Part shown: positions 25,145-41,013 of the stretch, one piece after another
Layout: each line of letters opens with the position of its first letter
Position numbering within the stretch: position 1 is the stretch's first letter
Assembly (NCBI GenBank): GCA_951406725.2
Contig: OX597815.1
Location: 202,988,001 to 203,052,000, forward strand
Direction: 5' to 3'
Length of the DNA: 64,000 nt
Origin: Octopus vulgaris
Taxonomy: Eukaryota
The notes under the pieces: generated by a model
The model's input: only the letters and a program-made list of their open reading frames with translations
The model's database searches: none
Told to the model about the DNA's origin: nothing
Position numbers and translations under genes: made by a program

Positions 25145-28100
25145 TAAATAAATGAATATCTGAGATCTATATGCCAAAATCTTGCATGTGTGGTGCAAAA
25201 GACCCTTCATCATTCGTGGTAAATAAACAAGCCATGAGTACTATTTATGATGATAGCCTCTCGTTGTACGAGAAAGACACTTCTGGAATTTCTTGCTGAA
25301 CAATCCTGTACAAAGAACTCATTTATAGTGATGAGATGTATGTGATGTGTATTTGCTAACTCCTTCCATTAAATCGACTTTACAGGAACAGGTTCACGGA
25401 GTACCGCATGTCAGGTGTCGAAATGATCGCAGAGCAACGTAAGAGGAAGCGCTTTGCACAAGAACACAAGGAACCATCCATGAATTGAAACCACGATCTA
25501 GCGATCGTAATTGGCTATGCACCGTTACAGTACTAAATATATTGAGAGAGAATTTAAATAACTTTTTTGTGTGTCTGGAGTAATTGCGGTGTCAATGCAT
25601 CGTCTCATCGCATGAGAATATCCGACATTAGATCTAATATATTATAATTGAGACACAATAACGTAGTAATATGTTCTACATAAAACTATTCACAGAAAGT
25701 CAACCGCTTCAAGAAGAATCTATGTAGCTCGTATAACGTTCCCCTTGTGAAAGAAAATGAGGGTGCGAAAATATTTTGGCATATAGACAGACCACCAGAT
25801 ACAACATAGACATCTTTCTCCTTGAAAAGGGGAATTGATTTTTAGTTATCCACTTAGTAATACCAAATTAATCTAATATTGTACAGAAATTAGCTGAAAT
25901 ACTAAAAAAATTGCACTGGATCAGCAACTGACCGAAATTGTTATGGTAGTTAAGGATTATGACTATACGCTCTAGAAAATACCAATATTAGGAGTTGTAG
26001 GAATTATTTACAAATATCTCTTGTTAAACGTGAATAATTTCTTACCTTTGAACATGTGTATAACCATAGACACCTAGTTGACATTGAAAACCTCTTGGTA
26101 TGGTTTGCACGAAATATTTATCTCCTATTTTAAGAAGGGAATGCTTCATGTATTTTTCAAAGCACGAATGATTAATATAACAAAAACAATCACAATAACG
26201 ACGACCACAACGATCACGGCGAGGATACTAATCCAATTTTCTTCCTACTATAGGCAAAAAAACTAGAATTTGATATGGAGGTAGATTGCAATTCGATCAC
26301 ATCAACCGTGGTATTCAACTCGTACTTATTTAATCGACCCTGAAAAAAAAGGCATTATCGACTTAAGTGGAATTTGGACTCAAATCGAAACCATAATTGA
26401 GTCAAACAACTATGGATGCGAGTCAGTATTATAACTAGGGAGATAAATACTGTTAAACGTCATTGAAAGACCAAACGCAATATGTTGATTATATTACTAT
26501 ATGTTATACTATTAAATATTTTCATAATAAATTTAGGAGCGTACAAAAGTTTCATACCGTAAGTGTAATATTGAACGTGAATAGAGCTTTGTCAAATAAC
26601 TTTTTCTCCATGTATGTAATTTACAGTCAAATGAAAGCAATGGTATACATAGTTCATATTTCTTTAATCTTCAGTCTGGGGTTAGATTTTTTGTTGGCCT
26701 GTCGGAAATAATTAATAAAAGTTCAATCATACAATTAATTTGACTAGGCTTACGTTACATGTTTATTTTCCTCACTTCGATATTGCTCACCTTCTCTTTA
26801 ATACTTAAATCCTGGTTAGCGGTTATCAAGTAAATGGCACACGGCTCTGTTTATTGTACTCGTACGTGGATAAAGGAATTTCGTAAGAATTAAATATCTT
26901 AGATAACTTAGATAGGTTTCGGCGAGCATGTCTAACTTAATGGCACCACCCGATGAAATATGAATTACAAATGAATAAGCTAAATTTTGAGTATATTTCT
27001 TCTCTCTTCTAATGCTTTTAATGTTTAATGCCTAAGTATAAATTCGTTCAAAATTTGTTCAAATATATGGAAAAAATCTGATTTGGAGAAGGACATCATT
27101 CTTCAGGTTGCTCACTCGCTGGAATGCTAGAATTTTGCTGAATTCCTACAGCAAAACAATTTGATCCGTTATTTAATTTAGGTTAATAATCATTTGCTGT
27201 CGCAGCCTTTCAGAAAATTCCTTCGATTCTCATATTAGAATAATTTCTTCCTACGTCACGTTTATCTGCCAGGTAGCCTAAAAGGTTTAGCAACTTTAAT
27301 GATATTGGGAAAATCGTTTCATTTCTGAGTAGAAATAATTATAATTCACCAAAATATACTATGTGACATGAGATGACCAGTGGTGTGTAAAAATCATATT
27401 AATTGATTCAAATCAGCCTATTTACACCTAGCAGCACATATTTCACCGTTGAATTAATGTTTAAGACCATAATTGCAATGCAAAAAAGCAATAACTATAA
27501 TACCACAAGGAATATCCGGATGCTGAGGCCTATGAATCTTAGTTGTAATTATGATTTTTCTTAACATAGCAGTTTCTCTTTTTCACAAAAATATTAACTT
27601 TCAAGTGCAGGCTTTAATTATTTTTATATACCAATGTTTCCTCACGCTTACAAACAGAGAATTTCCATTAATTACAATTCTTTGCTTAAAAACACTTATT
27701 AAATTTCATATCATAGTCTTTTTCTAAGGAATATATCTCATGTCCGGGTGCTCTTAAACATAATTGGTTTGACAGTGGTTTGTAACTCTAAGAGGTTTAG
27801 AAAATATTTGTGTCTACAACAATGAACTTCACTTCATTACACATTGTATTATGACTGCAGACTATAATGGCCATAATTATTGCCTTCTACTTTTATCAGC
27901 AAATAATTTGTACAAAGCTTTCTACCTATAAATTTGTTTTCGACTTTAATGATAATCACACAATAAGCACAGTTGTCACAAGACTTGTAATAAAGTGAAT
28001 TATATGAAAGATGTATATGTCACTGATGACTAATATAAACTAACCAGTTCAGTATGCAACTGAATTAGGAGCGCATTGTGAGCCTCGGGCAAATTACCTG

Positions 28101-28678
28101 TGTCTAGGACTTCCGTTGATTGAGAAATATCTTGTTTACAGTGTGATAAAGAGTTTTAGTTCATTAGAACATTAGAATATTCCATGAGCTAAATTTCTCA
28201 TGGCACGTTCATCAGTGGCATGCGAAAAAGGAATTTTTCACTGTAATATTTGTCTGATTATAGGATGTTTGTGTATTTATAACAGAAATTAATAATGGCT
28301 GCTGATGGTAATGAGATACAAACAACAGCGGTAACTTCTTTACGCCAAAGCAATTAGCTTTATTTCTCACAGACTCTATCTTTATCTGTCTGTGTGTGCG
28401 CGCGCGCGCGCGTGTTTGTGTATTTGTGTGTGTGTGTGCGTACCTGTGTGTGTATGTGTGTCTGTGCGTATACACACACAGAGGTATATGTGTGTGTGTC
28501 TGTGTCTATACACACAGATAGATATGTGTGTGTAAGTGTGTGCGTGTGTGTATCTGTGTGTGTATGTGTGTCTGTGCGTATACACACACAGAGGTATATG
28601 TGTGTGTGTGTCTGTGTCTATACACACAGATAGATATGTGAGTGTGCGTGCGTGTGTGAGTGTGTGTGTGTGTGTGTA

Positions 28679-29019
<341 letters not shown>

Positions 29020-29103
29020 GCAATTATGCGGATAAACAAATTAGGCACGTCAAATATATCAAGTACATCTTTGAATTTCTCTGTATCGAGATCTGAAATG
29101 TAA

Positions 29104-29435
29104 AAAAAAAAAAAGACTCCGTCGGTTGCGACGACGAGGGTCCCAGCTGATCCGATCAACGGAACAGCCTGCTCGTGAAATTAACGTGCAAATGGCTGAG
29201 CATTCCACAGACACGTGTACCCTTAACGTAGTTCTCGGGGATAATCAGCGTGACACAGAGAGTGACAAGGCTGACCCTTTGAAATACAAGTACAACTCAT
29301 TTTTGCCAGCTGAGTGGACTGGAGCAACGTGAAATAAAGTGTCTTGCTCAAGGACACATCGCGTCGCCGGGAATCGAACTCACAACCTTACGATCATGAG
29401 CCGAATGCCCTAACCACTAAGCCACGCGCCCTCAC
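29104..29435 (-). mobile_element. tRNA-derived SINE family C, full-length, with 14-bp TSD
   Basis: Minus-strand head GTGAGGGCGCGTGGCTTAGTGG (A box), GAGTTCGATTCCC (B box), GTGTCCTTGAGCAAGACAC core. TSD GATCTGAAATGTAA at 29090-29103 and 29436-29449. Confidence 0.92.
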
Positions 29436-31450
29436 GATCTGAAATGTAAGATGACGGACGCACATCTTTTATTTAAATGCATCCATACAGCTGCATGTTG
29501 TGATGAACTAAATTTATCAACATTATTACGGATCGGCGAGACCCCAGAAACAGCTGTTGGACTAATAGCACCTTTCTTCTGCCCCTTTAACTTCCTCCGT
29601 CGTTTGTACTCTGTGTTAAGTTGGACCTATTAATATCAATATCTATATAAGTCCCTCATCTGAAAGTGTCCACCTTTTGCTTTCTCCCGTTTTGCATGTA
29701 TTCATAAATACATATTTTGTATTTGATGTATTTAATATATTTAATATATCGGAGTCTAGGTTTGAATATTTTGAGCATTCCTAAGTATCTTCTACACGTT
29801 ATTGTGTATGTGCGTGTCTGTGCGTCAATGTTTGTGTCTATGCGTGTGTGAGTGTATGTGTGTGTGTGTGTGTGTGTACAGAAGGAAGAGGAAATTATTA
29901 ATTATTCATTGATTGACATAACGTTTGACAAACGGCTACTGCACGTCCAGCTTGCTCAAACACTTGTTGACAGTGTGTTCCATGTGTTGTTCACGGGTCA
30001 ATAGGTATTCAGAGGAAGGATCTTCGTCCTTCTCTTAGAAAAGTTATTTTTTCTTCTTCTTTTGATGTTTACTTGATTTAGGCAAATATTTTTATTAACA
30101 CTTTAACAGTAATATGGCAGATTTATACAAACTGCTTTTGATAGCATTGTACTCTTCGTTATTTGTCAGCATAAAAATGGGTTGATATGGATAAAGGATT
30201 TTAAATACAAACCTCGCTTTAGATAGAATACTTTTTTTTTTTCATAATTTCACAAACCATTCGCCTATGGTCGCGGTGAGCGTTGTTCTTCAGGTTAACA
30301 TTTTCTCTTTTTGTTACCCTTTCTCTACCATTTTGCTAAAGCAGTTTTCGACTAAATAAAATGCAATAAAAATTTGATTAATCCGCTATATGTTGCTACG
30401 TTGCAATACAAAATAAGTTTGGTAAAAATATAGTTACGGTACTATAATAATTGTGTTTAAAAATTTGTGTAATGCATAGTGCAAATTCTAAGTAACAGTT
30501 TACTTATTTCTTTATTATTATTTTTAATCACACTTCAATACAAAAAATATCCCAATGAGAAAAATCTGCTGCTATAACCCTTGGCAAATTTACTACAATG
30601 GATATAAAACTTGCAGCGAGAAGTGATCGAACTTGAATATGAAAATTGTCTCTAAATTTGTCTTTAAGCAATTATATCTTCATTATTTTAGAAAACATTC
30701 GTAGAGTTATTCTTTCTTGAAATATATGAATGAGAGAAATCTGATACTAAAAGAATTGGTACAGTAGGAAAATTAATTCATGGAGAAAAGATCTGGTTGA
30801 ACTTGTAAGTAAGTAATCCCTAATAAGTGTTGTGAAACTGTAAGTGTTGTGAATAATCTTAATTTTAAGTATTAAGTCATCCCATAAATATTGCGGTGTT
30901 TTTATACTTTTATTTTTCAAAAATAAGATAAACAAAGTTCTTTTTTAGTGTCTAGTTTTTTTCATTCGCAAAATATGCATTTTTTTAAAAGAGAGTAAAA
31001 AAACCTGAAACGCAGCTAATTGCTATGAAGATATGATGTTGTTGAGAAGAAAATTAGAGAAAAAAGTTACAGAGGTTTAAAACTCGAAAAATTGTGTGCT
31101 TTTAGCCAGTAGAGAGACAAATTTTCTGCGTTTAGCGGAGCCGTGTCAACTTTAAGGTTGTACCCTGTAAAATTTATAGTTTAGCGTCTGTGAAATACTT
31201 AATTTCATTGTAGGTTTCTAAATAAACAGAAATGCCTAATATAAATCAACATGTATCATCTTACTGTTTCTTTTGTCTCTTCATTGATTGTATGTTTTTA
31301 TTAATTTTTAAATTTGTTATATTAATATATTGGTTTCCATGTGTTTACTTTATGCATATTTCAGTATTTTGTATACCTGTCATGTACATCATTAATATGT
31401 AAGTGCATGTGTATGTGTATGCGTGTGTGTATGTGTATGTGTATGCGTGT

Positions 31451-31481
<31 letters not shown>

Positions 31482-32425
31482 CGTGCGAAAACTTCAAAAC
31501 TTCTAAGTTGAGTAATGTTTTCATGCTTAAATTTGTAAACTACGAAGAGTAACACCGCTCAACAAAGAATTTGTCCAAAGAAAACGAATACCTGTATCTC
31601 ATGTGTTTTTGCCTGCATAATTCAAAAATAACGTCAGATTATCTGTACTAAGTTCACATGTTCCATTCACCTTCATAATGTCACGAAACAACTTTTGCTA
31701 TATATGAAAAATATGTAAAATATCAACACATATAAAAAATGTTAACCATAGGCGGTGAAACATGAAAGCTGAACCATTCATGAATAAAAGAAATACTTTT
31801 GTAACCTTTTGTATCGTGAACAACATACTGCGTATTTGCTGTATCCAGCAGGGGAAACATTCGACAAAATTCATAAAACTGTCATTGTTTACAGCTACAA
31901 AAATTATTCATTAATGTTAGCAATATATAAAGTATGTACTTTCACCAACCATAAATAGACCACATGATTATTAAACATATGTACTGAACACTGAGCTCCT
32001 GGAGACACGTTTATGCAAATTGTATCATTTTCGGCTTGCTAGGCATATTAATGACATACTTTTATTATTGCAAACTGGTTACAGGCATCAATTAATGAGC
32101 GCAAAGCGAGAGCCGCTTTGCTACACTGGATCAATAAATAAACCGTGAAGTATGTTCTAATAATGTAAATTAGTATAAACTTTAATGCATCGGAAAAAGT
32201 CAACCATTCACGTAAACAAGTTTAGATTCTTTCGAAAACGATGAACTATCACATAAAAGGAATCTAACAAGCTGCAATAATGATTTGGTTTGGGATTGTG
32301 TGTGCTGCTGATCGTAGCAAATCTTTTCAATTGCAATTCTTAATTGCTTTTCGCACACTTTTTATTTATTTGTATTTGTTAAACGTTTGAACAGTGTGTG
32401 GGAATGTTTGCTTTTATGAACGAGA

Positions 32426-32513
32426 TGTGTGTGTGTTTTGTGTGTGTGTATGTGTGTATGTGTGTGTGTTTGTGTGTTTGTGTGTTTGTGTGTGTGTGTG
32501 TATGTGTGTGTTT

Positions 32514-32552
<39 letters not shown>

Positions 32553-32564
32553 TATTTGTGTGTT

Positions 32565-32595
<31 letters not shown>

Positions 32596-32718
32596 TTGTG
32601 ATGTGTGTTTGTGTGTGTGTGCGTGTGTGTTTGTGTGTGTGTACGTGCGTGTGTGTTTGTATGTGTGTGTATGTGCGTGTGTGTTTATGTGTGTGTGTGT
32701 GTGCGTGTGTGTGTGTTT
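32426..32718. repeat. Degenerate (GT)n tract
   Basis: Direct reading. Confidence 0.9.
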
Positions 32719-34774
32719 GCAGCCTTATTTACGGAATTCTCGTTAATGACATTAACGTTTCTTATTCTTTATTTTCAGATATTTATTGAAGTAATCTTTC
32801 ACCAAATGAATAACTTTACTGCCATAGTAACACATACTAAAGAACAGGATGCTGTGCTATTTATTGATAACAAAGTCTATGCCAATATCCCGGAAATTAA
32901 TGGAGGCAATCACTGTAAAGACTCTTTTGTACAACATGAGGTGACGTCGCACTCAAATTGCTTCGTTAGATCGAACTCCTACAGGCATTATGAACCAACT
33001 ATGAAATATTCGCCAAACCAAACACGTATTTGCCAGCATCATTGTGAAGTATTCATACGCAGGGAAAATAACATACTTCAGACTGTTAAACGTCATTTAC
33101 ACAATGAATATTCTTTTGCGATAGCAAGCCAATCACGCTCTATTAAGCATATTGCAGAAAAGCTAATCGCTTATCGACGGAAACAGAAGTCTGGGTGTCA
33201 AACATCCGTAGAAATTATCTCTTCCACTGCTAAAAAATGTTCATAGATGTTCTTTCAAGCAAGATAAAAGCATTTTTGAGCAATTAATGAACAATTTTTC
33301 GTCATAACGCATTTTTTTAACAAAATTATTTACTGATAATTTAGAAAAAAGCAATTGTAAATAAGATTGATGCTTGAATCTAGATTTTCAAACTGTTCAT
33401 TAGGAACTAAGTCGGGTCCGATGAAACAAAAATATATGCAAACATATTTAAACCATGAGCATCCCATTTTGTTTTTCAGGATTTCTGTTAACTGGAATAC
33501 ATTATCTCAGTTATATTATGTTCGTATTATCAGCCTGTCTCCCTAAAAGTTTGGGGTACTTCCTTGTATGTGATGTCTTGTCAGTAGTGTACCGATAGAA
33601 TCTTTAATTCTATATTACTTATATACATCTCGATAATATGTTTGCAGCACTGGAAAAGAATTTCTTGTTTGTGACATAATCAACTGATTTTAGAGTGTAT
33701 AGACTTGCAGAATATTTAATGATTCCAAGAGAATAAATTCGTAGAAGGGCGTTTTGTGTCTTGTAGACATGTTGAATAATATATTACGTGTGCATTAAAA
33801 TAATTTATTTGCAATGCTACTAGGATCCATGAATTTATAGAGTTTAAATCACTGCAGTGTGTGTACACAATAGAAGCAAATTGTATTTTATACAATTTCT
33901 CCAAGGACGAAAAAGTGTTCAGCCAGACCCTATTCAATCTGAAACACAATTAATCGCATAAACTGTCGAGTATCCTCCTGTATTGTTTATGTAGAAACTA
34001 TAAGTGCTTCAGTAAATCGGATTGACGGAATAGCATAAATTAACGTATTCATCTCAGATAGGTCGATAAATAAAATTTCTTGGGGATCTATTAGTGCTTG
34101 TACAGATACTGTGATTAGATTTTAAAGAAATCTAAACATATTTAGCCAGCCCTAAATCTCCCACAGTTCTTGAAGTAATACGTAGTACCAATAAATTTGA
34201 GCCAGTCGCTTGTATTTATAGATTTCAAAATATTAGTCAATTTTTATTGATGAGAAATAGATTCCGAGATTTGTTGAAAGTTAAAGCGTCTAAGCTAATT
34301 AAATCCATGACATTAATATATATCGTCTAATGCAGTGTTACGTCATCGGAGACTTCATTTGGCGTACTCTAATTAATGTTACAGAAACGGGAGAGGCAAG
34401 GAAGGATTATTGATGGTATAAGGTATCCTAATGTAAATATTTTATAACAAATGGCATACGGCGGCTACTCTCAAAGACAATGTTTATTAACAAGTCCAGC
34501 TTATTTTTCAATTTTTCTAGAGTTGAACACGTTTACATATTTCACATGAACAAACAGGAATCATTTCGACATAAACTATTAGAATATGTTAGCAGTGAAA
34601 AACAAATGTTATGACGATACAAGAGAGGCATCTTCCTCCAAAATATCATTTTGGGCGGAAGATGTTTTACTATCACTAATATCAAAAATATCGATATGAT
34701 CCATAAGAAATTATCTGTAAAATCTGTTTTTGAAGTTGAATTAAACTATGACAGTATATATGCTCTTTTATTCT

Positions 34775-34920
34775 TTTATCTGTTTCAGTCATTTCACTGC
34801 GGCCATGCTATGGCACCGCCTTTCGTCGAAGAAATCGACCCCAGTGTTTATTCTTTGTAAGCAAAGTACTTGTCCTATCGGTCTCTTTTGCCAAAGCGCT
34901 AAATTACGGGGACGTAAGCA
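34775..34920 (-). mobile_element. SINE family B 3' fragment; another at 50678-50885
   Basis: TGTTTCAGTCATTT.ACTGCGGCCATGCT...TCTATCGGTCTCTTTTGCC. Confidence 0.7.
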
Positions 34921-35056
34921 CAGACACACAAACATACACACACACGCACACACACACACACACATACACACACACCTTCACACACACACACATATATATA
35001 TACATACAAAGCAGAATTAGAAATAGAAAATTCTCGATACAACACTATATATTTAA

Positions 35057-35620
35057 AAGGCGATGAACTGGCAGAAACGTTAGCACACCGGGCAAAATGC
35101 TTAGCCGTATTTCCTCTGCGTTACGTTGTGAGTTCAAATTCCGCCTTTCATCCTTTCGGGGTCGATAAATTAAGTACCAGGTACGCACTGGGGTCGCTGT
35201 AATCGACTTAATACCTATGTCTGTCCTTGTTTGTCCGCTCTGTGTTTAGCCCCTTGTGAGTAATAAAGAAATACGTATTTCGTCTGCTGTTACGTTCTGA
35301 GTTCAAATTCCGCCGAGGTCGACTTTGCCTTTCATCATTTCGGGGTCGATAAATTAAGTACGAGTTACACGCTGGGGTCAATGTGATCGACTTAATCCGT
35401 TTGACTACCCTTCTTTGTCCCTTCTGTGTTTAGCCCCATGTGGGTAGTAAAGAAATAGGTTTTTCGGCTTTATGTTCTGAGTTCAAATTCCACTGAGGTC
35501 GACTTTGCCTTTCATCCTTTCGGGGTCGATAAATTAAGTACCAATTGTGTACTGGGATCGATCTAATCAACTGGACCCCTCCCCCTAAATTTTGGGGCTT
35601 GTGCCTACACTAGAAAAGAA
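35057..35620 (+). mobile_element. SINE family A head-to-tail trimer
   Basis: One head, then three GAGTTCAAATTCC...GCCTTTCATC.TTTCGGGGTCGATAAATTAAGTAC bodies; junctions near 35275 and 35460. Confidence 0.9.
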
Positions 35621-35623
35621 TAC

Positions 35624-35658
<35 letters not shown>

Positions 35659-35659
35659 G

Positions 35660-35736
<77 letters not shown>

Positions 35737-35788
35737 GAGCGATAAGACAGTGCTCCGAAATCTATCCACAAACATCGGAAATAAAGAA

Positions 35789-37313
<1,525 letters not shown>

Positions 37314-37390
37314 GATTTTATTTTTGTTTAACTCGATTTGATTATTTCTTAAAAATATGTATTTATTTAACTATTGTTGCTATTATTGTT

Positions 37391-37492
37391 GACCTGAGGA
37401 GTGACTATACTTTTAAATTGAATTGTTTTGGGATTAAATTTAAATTTAATTGTAATTCGAATTGAAGTTATAGTTATGAAACGTACATAGTC
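37391..37492 (+). ncRNA. Degenerate hammerhead motif with extended helix II (family HH-C)
   Basis: GAC-CTGAGGA-GTGACTATA...TATAGTTAT-GAAA-CGTACATA-GTC. Helix III is one transition from the palindrome ACGTACGT; helix I is only 3 bp. Confidence 0.5.
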
Positions 37493-37641
37493 TTTTTACT
37501 TATATAAATTTTATTCATTATTTTTTACATTTTGTGATCTAGATATATGTTTTATAATATATTTTATTTTCTCTATATGATACGGTTTATGTCTATCATT
37601 GTTTGAATTACATAATAGTGTTTTTCTCTAACTTATTATAA

Positions 37642-37726
<85 letters not shown>

Positions 37727-39676
37727 CATGCATGTATGTATTATATGTATATATAAAGTAAGAAGATGGTACTCGGTTGCCAAATCCAAATTAAAATACA
37801 ATTTTATTACAGTTGAAAAATCACAAACTCATTACACTTTTTGCCTTATTTACCGGTAAGTTCTCTTTACAACCAAATATTTTCCAATAATATTTCTTTT
37901 CCTCATATAAATTCTTACTAATTACCAGATGAACACACAGTGTCTTATCGGGAATCGATGTAAGAGATATTATATTGTGCTAAACAGGATATTTGTTTTG
38001 TCTCAATAAGTTTATTATTAATAGGGTTACATCTTTATACCAACTTACTTGAGAACTACTTTGGTTTCTGTGTTACGAACTTTTTTATTTAAAATTATCC
38101 AAAACATAGCCTTGAATGAAATTTTCGTGCAAAGAAACGGTTGAATTGTTCTTGTGATTGCGTATGAACTCAGTCTTTCCTTTGGACAGAGTGATAAAAT
38201 AATTTACGTACTTGGATTCTGAAAATTAGCACTGTATTCTTGATTTTTCATTGTTAAACTTCGATTCGGTGATGTTATTGATTTTTTTCCCTTCTAAAGT
38301 AATAACTCTGACATGACATTCTCATTACAAAGTAATTATGATTCTGCTAACAATGTATTAAGGATTGTAAGTTGTACGATGTTCATGCTCCTTTCAAATA
38401 TACTGCTGTTTAAAAGAAATTTAATGGATGCCGCAACATAGAGAATGAAAACTGGCATACAAAATTTGTCCATCATGAACTCAGCACTGATCTATATGGA
38501 TTCCTACTAGATGCGTGAAATGTTGGACAATAATAACGCTATCGATTTTGACCTTTGATAAAACGAAGAAGAAAAATCGTTAGGATAGCTTTTACAGCTT
38601 CTGGATGTAATAAATAATGTTCTCGAGATATCAAAAATGCAATCTAATTTCATATCATTTTGTCATAATTCACAGTAACACATTGCCATTTTAGCCGCAA
38701 ACAAATCTTCATATTATTCGACAAAATAAGTAGATTAGAGAAACCATTAAGTTTTTACCAATCTGTGAAAAAAAGAAATATCTTATCAAAAAGATACCAC
38801 TGTAATGACAAAATAAATACGTTATCTAGAAACGTGTAAATAACGAATACGGGGCCAAGAATTTAGTAATTTTTTTTTATTACTCTTAATAAATTTAACA
38901 AAATAATATATGACACATAATTACGAATGCACTTGCATTTTTCTCTCTAAAACTTTGCCCTTGCATTCCTCCATCTTGTTATACCATTTATAGAAAATCA
39001 ATTCAGCAAAGAAGTTTGATTTCGATATCAGGACGACGACGATGAGAAACTGTAGCGCACTAGGCTAATCATTCTTAAAAGATTCGCTTCTACCTATCCG
39101 TCTTGCTTTCAAATTTCAAATGTTTTGCCCTCATTTACCAATATTAGTGCACAATTTTCAGTAAAAATGAATTTTCACTAAGTTTAGTCAGCCATACATT
39201 TTTGACACTGCTTTCAGATATTTTTCAGTTGGCCATTTAGTCGCGTATTCTTTTACAGGTTTAATTAATTGGACGTCAGTTTTTGGGGCGGTGGGGGGCA
39301 GCACCTTTGCTTTCCTCAGTTTTATATACTGCTTATTTCTCTTTTTTACTCTTTCCAATGTTTATTTCAAAATTAATACCGTATCTCGATTTGAAGCACC
39401 AAATATTTTCCATGCTGTACAAATGTTGTTCCCCTGTGATGTTAATTGCCTATAGAACATGAACTTAATAGTTATGCGTATTTCTATGTTATTCGGCACT
39501 GCGGCACGAAATTTGATCTTCACCTATGAAAACATAATTGGAATATCATCTGTATCAGATTGGATATCGTTTTACTGTTTTTACAATATTTACACACACA
39601 CATACATTCACACTCATATACGTGTGTGTATACAAACATGTATACTAGCACACATACACACACACATATATGTATG

Positions 39677-39753
<77 letters not shown>

Positions 39754-39864
39754 CCTTGGTCAAAAGTACTGAACCATCCCAATGTTTAGGGGTTCTGCTG
39801 TCTCAGTGTTAATGAAACTCGTGCACATGGTAGATTATGGTACATTTCACAATATACATTAGTT

Positions 39865-41013
39865 TTAATATCTGGTTGACCCTTCTTTACCATCAATTAC
39901 TGCTTTTATACGGTTAGGCATTGAATTAACTAGTTTCATGCAGGTGCTAGGTGTACTTTCACTCCATTCTTCTCTCAACTTTCGGTACAAACTCTCTTTA
40001 TTTTTAATTATTGTGTTCCTGATAACTTCACCAAGAGTTCCCCATAGATGTTCGATCGGATTTAGATCGGGATTTTGAGCTGGCCAGTCCATGGGAAGAA
40101 TACCCTATGTCTCAAACCATTGACCAGTATTCTTTGCTGTATGACATGGAGCGTTGTCCTTTTGAAATATAACACTGTTTTTCGACATTCCTGGATGCAA
40201 TTTAGCAATTGATGTCTCTAAAATATCCGATAACATAAAAACATAGGTAGCTGAATTCATCTTTCTCTGACATAAACGCATTTCTCCGGGTTCTGTGACA
40301 GACATGAAGGCCTGCACCATGATAGAAACCCCCCCCCCCCATGTTTTACGGTTGGTACCAGACATTCAGGCTTAAATGCTTCCCCAACTCTGCGACGAAC
40401 GAAAGTTGCACCAGAAGTACCGAGAACCTGAGTAAAAATATGAAAAATAATATTAACTTTATGTTGGATACATTTTCATATATTTTCGGCAACAAACCAG
40501 TTACATTAAGTTTATATATTAATTGAAAACACGTACTATCTTACCTCATGGTTACTTTCATCAAATCATATGACTTTCGACCATTGATCACTCGTCCAAT
40601 TTGAGTGGTTTTTGGCCGACTGGAGACGTTTTTCCATATTCGCTTCAGAAACCCATGGCTTCTTCCTGGCTTTACAGCTTTTCAGATCGTACTCTACAAG
40701 CCTTCTAGCAGTTCAGATTGATATTTGCGAAGTACTTGCCTCGTTGAAGTCCGCACAGAGCTCCGACGAAGTTCTCCTGTTTCTGAGTGACTGAAGGATG
40801 ATGGATCTGTTATCACGAGGTGATGTAACTATTTTTCTACCTGTTCTTTGAATTGTCTTCACATCATTTTCTCTCTGAAGTGCTTGAGAGTCGTTTGCAC
40901 CGCACGTCGATATCATTTCATCTTCTGAGCTATTTGCCTTTGAGACGTTCCATTTTCATGATGAGCTACGATTTGACCTCGCTGATACTCATTCACCCCC
41001 TTGTTTTGAACAT
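39865..41013 (-). pseudogene. Tc1 (DD34E) transposase pseudogene, two exons
   Basis: Motifs GRKIVTSPRDNR, FDES, PTVKHGGG, FQKDNAPCH and WPAQNPDLNPIEHLW; frameshifts present. Confidence 0.9.
40428..40544 (-). other. Putative 117-nt GT-AG spliceosomal intron in the Tc1 transposase
   Basis: Donor GAG|GTAAGA and acceptor TTTTTACTCAG|G; removal gives the in-frame FDESNHE|VLGTSGATFVRRRVGE. Confidence 0.8.

Noticed and set aside
29360-29435. tRNA gene
   Set aside because: A/B boxes are present, but the sequence continues into a SINE body with a TSD and has no proper acceptor stem; the same applies to the other SINE heads.
35737-35765. GAGC...GCTC-C-GAAA stem resembling helix II
   Set aside because: No CUGANGA upstream, where the sequence is (AAT)n.
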